Shown here: one piece after another, positions 1 to 7,582 of the stretch
Numbering within the stretch: the stretch's first letter is position 1
Layout of the letters: each line of letters starts with the position of its first letter
NCBI GenBank assembly: GCA_031367385.1
Contig: JANLPS010000344.1
Span: 1 to 14,652, forward strand
Direction: 5' to 3'
Length of the DNA stretch: 14,652 nucleotides
Source: Archangium sp.
GTDB taxonomy: Bacteria > Myxococcota > Myxococcia > Myxococcales > Myxococcaceae
Made by a program: the position numbers and the translations under genes
The notes under the pieces: generated by a model
Databases searched by the model: none
Told to the model about the DNA's origin: nothing
The model's input: the letters and a program-made list of their open reading frames with translations, nothing else

Positions 1-1
1 C

Positions 2-139
2 AAGACCCGCGCGCAGGTGCGGTACATCTCGACCTCGACGATGTTCGGCGTGCAGTTCACGGCGCTCCAGCCCAAAGACGTCGCCACCATCGAGGCCTAT
101 GTGGCCAAGCGGGTCGCCGAGGGTGGCCTCGCGCCGTAA
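2..139 (+). CDS. 3' end of a probable PilZ-domain protein (5' truncated by window)
   Basis: Hand translation KTRAQVRYISTSTMFGVQFTALQPKDVATIEAYVAKRVAEGGLAP*, TAA at 137-139, GC-rich third positions. The VRY...GVQF..L....I..YV pattern resembles the PilZ C-terminal strands and helix. Confidence 0.6.
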   Translation, partial: KTRAQVRYISTSTMFGVQFTALQPKDVATIEAYVAKRVAEGGLAP

Positions 140-165
140 CGAAGGTGAAAGGGTTCACTCTCGTT
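138..165 (+). terminator. Imperfect hairpin at the end of the PilZ-like gene, possible terminator
   Basis: aacgaaggtgaa-aggg-ttcactctcgtt: 10 of 12 Watson-Crick pairs plus one G-U; weak U tail. Confidence 0.3.
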
Positions 166-191
166 TCGTGAATGGTGAGAAAACCCAGGCC

Positions 192-2036
192 ATGCGCGCG
201 ACTGCTTTCTTCGCCTTCTGCTTCATCGCCTGTACCGGTCATCGCCCGACGCCGTGGCCCGAGGTGCGCGGCGTCTCAGACCCCGCCACTCGCCGCGAGC
301 TGACGCAGGGGCCTGTCATCGGCTTCGCTGACTCCGCCAAGACCCACGCCTGGCTGGGGTTGCCGTACGCCGCGCCTCCCGTCGCCGATCTTCGCTGGAG
401 AGCCCCCAGGCCAGCATCGTCATGGGGCCCATCGGTGCGCGAAGCGACGGTGTACAGCGCGGTGTGCCCTCAGTTTGGCAATGCGTTGACCGCTGGCAAA
501 GAGAGCGAGGTCATCGGCAGTGAAGACTGCTTGACGCTCAACGTGGCGGCGCCCCAGATGAGCGCCGCGCAGGTCGCGGGTGAGCACCGCGCGGTGATGG
601 TGTGGGTGCATGGCGGAGGCAACTCCATCGGCACCGGCAACGCGTACGGCGCGATGCGCAACCTGGCCGCGAAGTACGGAGTCATCGTCGTCTCGGTGAA
701 TTACCGGCTCGGGCTGCTCGGCTGGTTTCACCACGCGGCCATCAATGCCGCCGATGCGACGCCCGAAGACACCAGCGGCAACTTCGGCACGCTCGATCTC
801 ATCGCGTCTCTGAAGTGGGTCCAAGCCAACATCAAGGCCTTCGGCGGAGACCCCGGCAACGTCACCGTCTTCGGCGAGTCGGCCGGCGGGTTCAACGCGT
901 TCAGCCTGCTGGCGTCACCCCTGGCGCAGGGCCTCTTTCACCGGGTGATCATCGAGAGCGGAGTGCCCGCCAGCCGCACCATCGCTGAAGCCGAGAACTT
1001 CTCCGACGCGCCCGACCCGGGCCTGGCTTCGAGCTCGAGCGAGCTGCTGCTCAAGTGGCTCATCGCCGATGGCCGCGCGGCGACCCGTGACGACGCGAAG
1101 AAGCTGCTGGGCTCGATGAAGACGGCCGAGGTCGGGGCGTACCTGCGGTCGAAGTCACCCGCGGCGTTGCTGGCGCCGCTGCAGGGCGCGCCGTTTGGCA
1201 TGTACGCGGCGCCGGCGATTTTTCGTGACGGCCTCGTCGAGCCAATCGCGTCGATCACCGAAGTGCTCGCAGACCCCGCACAGGGCAATCACGTGCCGGT
1301 GCTGCTCGGCACCAATCGCGACGAGCTCAAGTTGTTCATGGCCTTCAACCCCAGGTACGTCGGCAAGACGCTGGGCCTCTTTCCCTTCATTCGCGACGAG
1401 GCGGTGTACGACCGCGACGCCGCGCTAGGCTCCGACATGTGGAAGGCGATCGGCACCGACGGCCCGGCCCGGGCATTGACGCAGGCGCAGGGCAACTCGG
1501 TCTTCGCATACCGCTTCGACTGGGACGAAGAGCCCACACGCCTCGGAGTGCCCGTCTCCAGGTTGCTCGGAGCGGCCCACGGGCTCGAGATCGGCTTCGT
1601 CTTCGACGACGTCACCGCGGAGATGGACGTGTTCAAGATCGCCAGCGACGAGAACGCGCCCGGCCGCATCGAGCTCGCTGATGCGATCAGCTCCTACTGG
1701 GCCAACTTCGCGATCACCGGGGCTCCCGGCCGCGGCGTTGATGGCACGTTGCCCGAGTGGGCTCCGTATGGCGCAGGGCAATTCATGGTGCTCGACAGCA
1801 AAGCCGGCGGTGGGCCACGCATGCAGGCAGGCGTCATCACCCCCGAGGCCCTCGAAGCGCGCATCTGGGCAGACCCCTCGATCGGCGACACTGCCGCGCA
1901 ATGCAAAGCCGCCGCGACGGTGCTCTACGGCTTCTTCGGCAAGCCCACCGGCGCGTGGACGGCTGCACGCGAGGCCAGCTTTCACAGCCACTGCCCGAAA
2001 GACACGGTCGAAGCTGTGATGGCTCAGCCCCGCTGA
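192..2036 (+). CDS. Type-B carboxylesterase (COesterase family), predicted lipoprotein, 614 aa
   Basis: Motifs SEDCLTLNV, VMVWVHGGG (oxyanion hole), FGESAGG (catalytic Ser), GTNRDE (Glu), AAHGLEI (His). ATG at 192 gives MRATAFFAFCFIAC with a lipobox-like FIAC. The start at 99 overlaps the upstream gene. Confidence 0.95.
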   Translation: MRATAFFAFCFIACTGHRPTPWPEVRGVSDPATRRELTQGPVIGFADSAKTHAWLGLPYAAPPVADLRWRAPRPASSWGPSVREATVYSAVCPQFGNALTAGKESEVIGSEDCLTLNVAAPQMSAAQVAGEHRAVMVWVHGGGNSIGTGNAYGAMRNLAAKYGVIVVSVNYRLGLLGWFHHAAINAADATPEDTSGNFGTLDLIASLKWVQANIKAFGGDPGNVTVFGESAGGFNAFSLLASPLAQGLFHRVIIESGVPASRTIAEAENFSDAPDPGLASSSSELLLKWLIADGRAATRDDAKKLLGSMKTAEVGAYLRSKSPAALLAPLQGAPFGMYAAPAIFRDGLVEPIASITEVLADPAQGNHVPVLLGTNRDELKLFMAFNPRYVGKTLGLFPFIRDEAVYDRDAALGSDMWKAIGTDGPARALTQAQGNSVFAYRFDWDEEPTRLGVPVSRLLGAAHGLEIGFVFDDVTAEMDVFKIASDENAPGRIELADAISSYWANFAITGAPGRGVDGTLPEWAPYGAGQFMVLDSKAGGGPRMQAGVITPEALEARIWADPSIGDTAAQCKAAATVLYGFFGKPTGAWTAAREASFHSHCPKDTVEAVMAQPR

Positions 2037-2097
2037 GCGGCCCACGGCGCGTTTCTCGAGAACTGCGCGAAGATGCGGCTGTTTGGGCCAGCGCGAT

Positions 2098-2126
2098 GAA
2101 AAAACGGCCACCGTGGCCGTGATTTC
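2098..2126. terminator. Rho-independent terminator-like hairpin, possibly bidirectional
   Basis: gaaaaa-acggcca-ccg-tggccgt-gatttc: perfect 7-bp stem at 2104-2120. Read on the minus strand it ends in a T6 run; on the plus strand it is followed by gatttctt. Confidence 0.5.
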
Positions 2127-2187
2127 TTGGGAGCGTCCCAGCTCAAGGCCCACCGGCGCTCGCGTGTTTGCGAACGCTCCCAAAAAA
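2123..2187. repeat. 14-bp inverted repeat, one mismatch, 37-bp spacer
   Basis: tttcttgggagcgt (2123-2136) versus acgctcccaaaaaa (2174-2187). Confidence 0.75.
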
Positions 2188-2278
2188 CTCGGGGAAATTG
2201 CGGCCCTTTTCTGGTCGGCGACCGGTTTTGGCTCATTTTGCCGCGCACGTGATCGAAAGCACAGGGCTCACGAAGGAA

Positions 2279-2560
2279 ATGGGAGCGCGCTCTCGCTTCG
2301 AGACTTGGCGCTGCTGTTGGTGCAGTCGATTGTGTGCACGGTGTTTTCCCCGGAAGTGGCAATTGCGCATCTTGCAGACGCTGAGCCCGTACACGCTGGC
2401 ATTGGCGGTCTCGCTTGTGTACAGCATGGGGCTGGCGAACGTGCTCTTCCCCGACTCTGAGCAGTTGACGGCTGGTTTCTATGCGGGCGCTGCGATGTTG
2501 GTGTTGTTGGTGCTCGTGAATTCGCAGGTCAAGCGAGCACCGCCGCCGCCGGAGACGTAA
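2279..2560 (+). CDS. Small putative membrane protein; 5' end uncertain, possibly frameshifted
   Basis: Two hydrophobic segments, YTLALAVSLVYSMGLANVLF and LTAGFYAGAAMLVLLVLVN; ends 24 bp before the next gene. The N-terminus looks non-coding in this frame, but an adjacent frame reads LRDLALLLVQSIVCTVF up to a TTTTCCCC run near 2345. Confidence 0.4.
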   Translation: MGARSRFETWRCCWCSRLCARCFPRKWQLRILQTLSPYTLALAVSLVYSMGLANVLFPDSEQLTAGFYAGAAMLVLLVLVNSQVKRAPPPPET

Positions 2561-2584
2561 CCGTACACGAAAGAAGAACTGAAC

Positions 2585-3484
2585 ATGTACACCAGCCAAG
2601 ACCTCATCGATTGCTTGGTTCGCGGCGGCGAGGGGTGGGCGAAAGTTGCGTACCACGGCAAGCCATTTGCCGCGCCGGAGATTCGAAAGTTCATCGAGCT
2701 GATGAACACACTGAAGGCGGTGCAGAATTCGGCCACGTTCATCAAAGCGCTTGTCGACGATGCGAGTGATGAAGCGCTCGTGGCGAGCTGGCGCGAGGCC
2801 ATGGCTGCGCTCGACGACATTCAGAAGTACCCGTTCGACGCGACGAAGCGAGGCAAGAAGCTGGGCGAAGTGGCGAAGAACGCTCGTATTCTCGGGGCGT
2901 GGCAGGCCTCGGCAGTGGGCAGTGAGCACGTGTCCAAAGACGTGCTTGCGTTGTTGGTCATCGATGCTTCTGCGGCTTCGATTGACGCGCTCCTGCCTCA
3001 TTTCGAGCGCGCGATGGGCGACCCCGTTCGACTCAGAGTGCTCGACGCTCTTGCGCGGTATGAGACTGCGGCGACGGCTCCGCTCTTTGCGAGAATTCGC
3101 ACGGAGACCGCTTCGCAGCGTGCGGCTTCTCCGGTGTTGGCGTTTGGCGAGAAATTTGGTCTCGCGAAGAACGGGCGTTTCAAATTGACGGTGAAGGTGC
3201 GCGCAAAAAAGCCGGCCGAGCGCCACACGTATGACTTCGTTTCGCTCGTCTTCGACAGCAATGAGCCCAAAGGTTTTTGGGTGAATCGCGGCCAAGAGAC
3301 GCTCACGGCTGGGAGCAGCTCGATGTGGCAACGCGGTGTGACCTGTACGCTTGCGAATTTACCCAAAGCCATCGCGAAGGCCGCGCGTGACGCGAAGGTC
3401 GAATGGGACTTCAAGAAGGTGACGACCAAGCCCCTCGGCCCAGCCAAGGCGGTGGCGTTGATTCAGTGGTTGGCCGGTTCGTAG
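2585..3484 (+). CDS. Hypothetical protein, 299 aa
   Basis: Long ORF with ATG start and protein-like composition; helical N-terminal part and Lys-rich C-terminal part; no family recognised. Confidence 0.8.
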   Translation: MYTSQDLIDCLVRGGEGWAKVAYHGKPFAAPEIRKFIELMNTLKAVQNSATFIKALVDDASDEALVASWREAMAALDDIQKYPFDATKRGKKLGEVAKNARILGAWQASAVGSEHVSKDVLALLVIDASAASIDALLPHFERAMGDPVRLRVLDALARYETAATAPLFARIRTETASQRAASPVLAFGEKFGLAKNGRFKLTVKVRAKKPAERHTYDFVSLVFDSNEPKGFWVNRGQETLTAGSSSMWQRGVTCTLANLPKAIAKAARDAKVEWDFKKVTTKPLGPAKAVALIQWLAGS

Positions 3485-3730
3485 CCCGCGCTCTTCGCCA
3501 GTGGCGTCGTCGAAGAAGTCGACCACCATGCTGTAGTGGTCTTTGCCGGTCGCGTACGCGGTGGAGCTGCAGGTCGGGCTGCTCGCCGCGCCGTACGCAG
3601 GGAAAGACGAGTGGTGGTAGTTGAAGTTGCTGCCGCCGCTGGTCCCCTGGAGGCCGTGCATTTGCGCGTCTGGAGTGAAGAACCAGCGCAGACCAGACTC
3701 GTCGATTTCCGTGGCGATCATCGCGTCCCA
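3485..3730 (-). pseudogene. Probable internal fragment of a truncated gene
   Basis: WDAMIATEIDESGLRWFFTPDAQMHGLQGTSGGSNFNYHHSSFPAYGAASSPTCSSTAYATGKDHYSMVVDFFDDATGEERG has strongly G/C-ending codons. The frame then runs antisense into the 2585-3484 gene and stops only at 3359. Confidence 0.5.
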
Positions 3731-3827
3731 GGGGGGCGAGGAAAATGGGGGTTCTGAGCTGATGCAAATCACTCGCGTACACGGTGTCGCGTCGCGATTA
3801 ATACTCGAAGATTCGAAGGTTGAGACC

Positions 3828-3846
3828 GCCCTCGGCAACCGAGGGC
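3828..3846 (-). terminator. GC-rich hairpin directly after the stop of the 3846-4418 gene
   Basis: gccctcgg-caa-ccgagggc, perfect 8-bp stem; no U tract. Confidence 0.45.
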
Positions 3847-4418
3847 TAGGGTCTCGGCGTCTGCGCCTCCGCAATGGCCAGCCCAATCCAAATGCGCGCC
3901 GAGCCCAGGTCACCGTTCGCGAGCGACGCCTTCGCGGCCTGAATGTTCGCCAACGCGTTGCCAGTCAACGTGCTCTCCGCGTAATTCAAAGCCGCGCCGA
4001 CGTTGCCGTTGCCCGTCGCGAGCTGTTGCTGTGCCGCTCCGAGTGAGGCCACCGCTTGCTCTGATTGCGCGCGTCGTTCGGCGACTTGGCGCTCTTTCTC
4101 GGTTCTTCGGTTCTCGGTGTCGCTCAGCTGCGTCTGCAGGCTCGTGATCTGCCGGCTCAGCTTGTCGAGCTGCGCGCTCATCGCCTCGGCTTGGCTCGCT
4201 TGACGCTCGAGCAACGCGGCGCGGGTCTTCAGGTCGACGACGTCGCGACGCAGCTGGTCGACCTCTGCGATGACGGGGTGCGGTATCGGCGCGAGCGGCC
4301 TCGGCGGCTCAACCACGGTGACCCCTGCGTCGAGAGTAGGTTTCTTGACCACCGGTACGCCCGCGTCAATCGGTACCAGCCCGCCGGTGATGATCACCAT
4401 CGTGAAAAATTGAAACAT
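3846..4418 (-). CDS. Hypothetical exported or membrane-anchored coiled-coil protein, 190 aa; paralog of 6725-7468
   Basis: Hydrophobic N-terminus MFQFFTMVIITGG, DAGV and Pro-rich linker, heptad-like region (VDQLRRDVVDLKTRAALLERQ...LSDTENRR), C-terminal domain shared with 6725-7468. Confidence 0.85.
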   Translation of the reverse strand: MFQFFTMVIITGGLVPIDAGVPVVKKPTLDAGVTVVEPPRPLAPIPHPVIAEVDQLRRDVVDLKTRAALLERQASQAEAMSAQLDKLSRQITSLQTQLSDTENRRTEKERQVAERRAQSEQAVASLGAAQQQLATGNGNVGAALNYAESTLTGNALANIQAAKASLANGDLGSARIWIGLAIAEAQTPRP

Positions 4419-4555
4419 GGGCGCACTCTGGGCCGACTGCCGAGCAGGTGGCAACGTCCAACCGCTCTGTCCTCCAGGCGGCGGAGTGGAACGGGGCTGC
4501 GGTTCACGTACACTTCGCGCCCGTCGTTCGAACCATCTCGAGTGGAGCCCCCCCC

Positions 4556-6717
4556 ATGATTCGTTGTTGCCTCGGCCTGGCGCTCTCGCTCTTGGTGGCC
4601 TGTACCGGTACTTCTCCAGTCAAGATCGCGCTGGGCGGCGCGTGCACCAGCGACGCGAGCTGCGCCAATGATGGCAAGTGTACGAAGAACGTCTGTTACG
4701 CGCGCTCGTGCACCGCCACCACCTGCGGCGCCACCGAGGTCTGCGCCAGCAACGCCTGCGTCGATGAGCGTTGCCTCGGCGTCGCCTGCCCCGCCGGTGA
4801 CCTCTGCGTTCGCGGCACCTGCGCCTCGACCGCCTGTGCCACCAGCCAGTGCCCCACAGGCCAAGTCTGCGACAAAGAGACCTGTGTCGACGCCTTGTGT
4901 CTGGGCGTCGCCTGCCCCGGGAGTCAATCGTGTCGCGGCGGCGCCTGCGTCGATGCCTGCGCCGGGGTCACCTGCAACGGCAACCAGGTCTGCTCCAAGG
5001 GCAGCTGCGTCGACCCCTGCGCACAGGTCACCTGCACCGGCAACCAGGTTTGCTCGAAGGGCACCTGCACTGACCCCTGCGCTGCAATCACCTGCCCCGG
5101 CACGCAAATGTGCTCGAAGGGTACGTGCGTCGACGTGTGCGGAGCGATGAGCTGCACCACGGGCAAGACCTGCGTGAACAGCATGTGCATCGACGACGCG
5201 TGCGTGAACAAGACCTGCGGCTCGGCTCAGGTGTGCAGCCTCGGCGCCTGCATCGACCCAGAGTGCGTCGGCAAGAGCTGCACCGGCCCGCAGATTTGCC
5301 AGAAGGGCTCGTGCATCGACCCGCAGTGCGCCACGGTCACCTGCGCCGGCACCAAGGTCTGCAGCATGGGCACCTGCATCGACCCGCAATGCGTCGGCAA
5401 GACCTGCACCGGTACTGACGTGTGTGTGATGGGCACCTGCAGAGCGATCTGCGAGGTCAGCTGCGCTTCGCCGTGCCCGACGTGCACCGAGGGCCGTGGC
5501 TGCGGAGGCGATCTCGAATGCCAATCACGGCTGTGCGTCGGGGGCGTCTGCGCCTCCTGCGGCCCGAGCGCGCCCTGCCCCAACGGCGGTACGTGCCAGA
5601 ACGGCGTCTGCCGCTCCGGAGTGCTCGGCCCTGCGCCACCCTCACCGATTGCCAAAACCCCTTGGTCTGCGAAGACAACGTCTGCCGGTGGGCGGCTGGG
5701 CATGCGTGCACCACGACACCGCAATGCGTGAAGGGCCTGGCGTGCGAGAACCTCATTTGCCAGCGGCCGCACTGCATCGTGACTCCGGTCGAGACGCAGC
5801 CGGTGCCTGGAGGCACGGTGTGGTGGGCCTCTCAATCGATGTACATGGCCCCCAACGGCGAGATCTACGTGACCCACGGCCAGTGGAACATGTACCAGAA
5901 CTACGACATTCGCCGATTCCGCGTGGCGCCAGGCCAGACCGCGGTCGAGCAAGACCCTGCGCCTCCCGCTCCTCTTCTCACCTTCGGCAGCAACAGCCCC
6001 ATCGCCGAGGGCTCGAGCGATCAACCCGGCTCGGCGCAGGGCACGGCGACCGTCGGTGGCACCTTCTGGTGGATGCCCGGCGGCGGCGCGTGGGACGGCC
6101 GCATCTCGGTGACGATCAAGTTCACCGGGTTCAACAGTGATCTCGATTCGAACATGACCAACGAGGGGCGCTTCGCGAAGTGCGGCAGCAATTTTTACTT
6201 CTTCGGCGGCCAGTACACGACCAAGAAGTACGGCATTCGCTTCGACGCTGGAGGCGACCCCGCGTCGTTGGCCTCGGCGGTGACGCTGACCACTTCTGCG
6301 GCTCGGCGTGACACCTGGCCTTTCACCAGCCTCATCAACGTGGCCTGCACGCCGACCGCCGTCTGGGTCTTGGGTTCCAACGGCACCACGCCGGCGATTC
6401 AGAAGCTCGACCCGCTGACGCTCGTCGAGATGGGCGCGCCCATCTCAGTGGCGCTGCCCTACGGCAACCTCATCGGAGACTGGACCATCGCCATCGTCAG
6501 CGACGACCTCTTCTACCTCGTCGACACGGGCGGCGGCATCGTGTGGCAGGTGTACAAAGGGGCGGGCAAACAAATCGGCAAGGCGGTGGCGAACTCGCAT
6601 GCGTTCGGTACCCAAAACGGCCTGGCGGTGTTCACCAACACGAGCGTCATTCGCTACGAGAAGCAGATGATGAACGGCATGCCGCCCCCGCTCGACATCG
6701 ACTGCCAGTGGCAGTGA
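4556..6717 (+). CDS. Cys-rich repeat lipoprotein with a beta-rich C-terminal domain, ~720 aa once a frameshift at 5629-5631 is repaired
   Basis: GGAG at 4544-4547, ATG at 4556, signal MIRCCLGLALSLLVAC (lipobox LVAC). The Cys pattern stops at RSGVLG in one frame and resumes as PCATLTDCQNPLVCEDNVC in the frame of ORF 5422-6717. Adding one C to ggc cc tgc joins them. Confidence 0.85.
4697..5440 (+). repeat. 12 tandem coding repeats of 60-63 bp (C-x4-C-x5-C-x4-C)
   Basis: Units such as VDPCAQVTCTGNQVCSKGTC and IDPQCVGKTCTGTDVCVMGTC; eight of 21 aa plus four of 20 aa = 248 aa = 744 nt. Confidence 0.92.
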
Positions 6718-6724
6718 CGATGGC

Positions 6725-7468
6725 TCACTGAACCGGCGGAGTCGCCGACGCCGTCAGCACCGCTTGGTTGATCAGCTGCGCCGCGCCCGCCAGGTCTTTG
6801 TTCGCCAACGCCTGACGTGCTTGCTGCAGCGCCCCCTGCCCCACCGCGTTCATCGCAGGAGCAGCCGATTGCAACGCCCGGTCAACGCCTGAAATATCGC
6901 CCGTGGTCAGCTGCTGCTGAACGGCGAGCAGCGAATTGACGGCACCGTTGGTCTGCGCGCGCCGAGCCTCTTCGAGCGCCTCACGCCGGTCAGTCTCAGG
7001 CGTCGCCGGCTCAGCAGGCGCAGGCGGCGCCTCAACCGCGGCAACCGCAGTTGGTGCCGGAGCCACCGCTGGCGCAATCACCGGTACCACCCCCTGCTGC
7101 ATCGCCGCGACCGCCGCCCCGCCCACCTTCGGAGCGGGAACCGGCACCGGGCTCGGCACGCCTCCAGGCCCAGGCGTCGGCGCGGGCGCACCCGCCTCAT
7201 GAGGGGGCACCGGCAGCGGCGGGAGCGGAACGGGAACCGGCGCCACTGCGGCGACGGGTTCTTGAGGGGCGGCAGCAACCACCGCTGGGCGCGCAGGCGC
7301 CGCCGCGACCGGAGCCTCGGTCGGCATTCGCACCACCGGCGCCGTTACGGTCTCAGGCAGCACGATCTTCGGCGGAGTCGTATTCGAGGCCGCGATCTTC
7401 ACCCCAACGGTGAACGCGATGATCGCCGCAATCACTGACAACGTCACAGCAAGTTGAACGCGAGTCAT
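6725..7468 (-). CDS. Hypothetical membrane-anchored Pro/Ala-rich protein, 247 aa; paralog of 3846-4418
   Basis: GGAGG 7 nt upstream of ATG 7468; N-terminal hydrophobic helix LAVTLSVIAAIIAFTVGV; long Pro/Ala/Val linker; shared C-terminal helical domain. Confidence 0.85.
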   Translation of the reverse strand: MTRVQLAVTLSVIAAIIAFTVGVKIAASNTTPPKIVLPETVTAPVVRMPTEAPVAAAPARPAVVAAAPQEPVAAVAPVPVPLPPLPVPPHEAGAPAPTPGPGGVPSPVPVPAPKVGGAAVAAMQQGVVPVIAPAVAPAPTAVAAVEAPPAPAEPATPETDRREALEEARRAQTNGAVNSLLAVQQQLTTGDISGVDRALQSAAPAMNAVGQGALQQARQALANKDLAGAAQLINQAVLTASATPPVQ

Positions 7469-7481
7469 ACCCGCACCTCCG

Positions 7482-7497
7482 AGCATCGGGTGTGCCA
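7482..7497 (-). promoter_or_regulatory. Candidate sigma-54 (-24/-12) promoter
   Basis: TGGCACACCCGATGCT fits TGGCAC-N5-TTGCW with one mismatch and correct GG-N10-GC spacing, but the implied start site is only about 3 nt before the ATG. Confidence 0.25.
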
Positions 7498-7582
7498 CCC
7501 CCTACACCCTCCGTTTGAGAAATTCCAACCGGATACGGGGGGTGCCCCCGCCAAACTGCCACAGCGACGGGGCGTCTCGCGC

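Noticed and set aside
99..191. N-terminal extension of the esterase ORF from 99
   Set aside because: Overlaps the upstream gene and hairpin; the signal peptide begins at ATG 192.
192..2036. Esterase as a true acetylcholinesterase partnering the channel
   Set aside because: No Trp in the loop between CPQ and SEDC, where cholinesterases carry the choline-binding Trp; several unrelated genes intervene.
2024..3331. 435-aa minus-strand ORF
   Set aside because: Arg-rich antisense shadow of the plus-strand genes with no motifs.
4697..5440. 60-63 bp periodicity resembling a CRISPR array
   Set aside because: Units are in-frame, degenerate at the DNA level and conserve Cys spacing. There is no invariant repeat with unique spacers and no cas gene.
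4394..5524. 376-aa minus-strand Ala/Gly repeat ORF
   Set aside because: Mirror translation of the Cys repeats; the plus strand has the lipobox and SD.
5422..6717. Independent 431-aa gene
   Set aside because: The first ~68 residues are out-of-frame reading of the upstream part; the remainder continues the lipoprotein after the frameshift.
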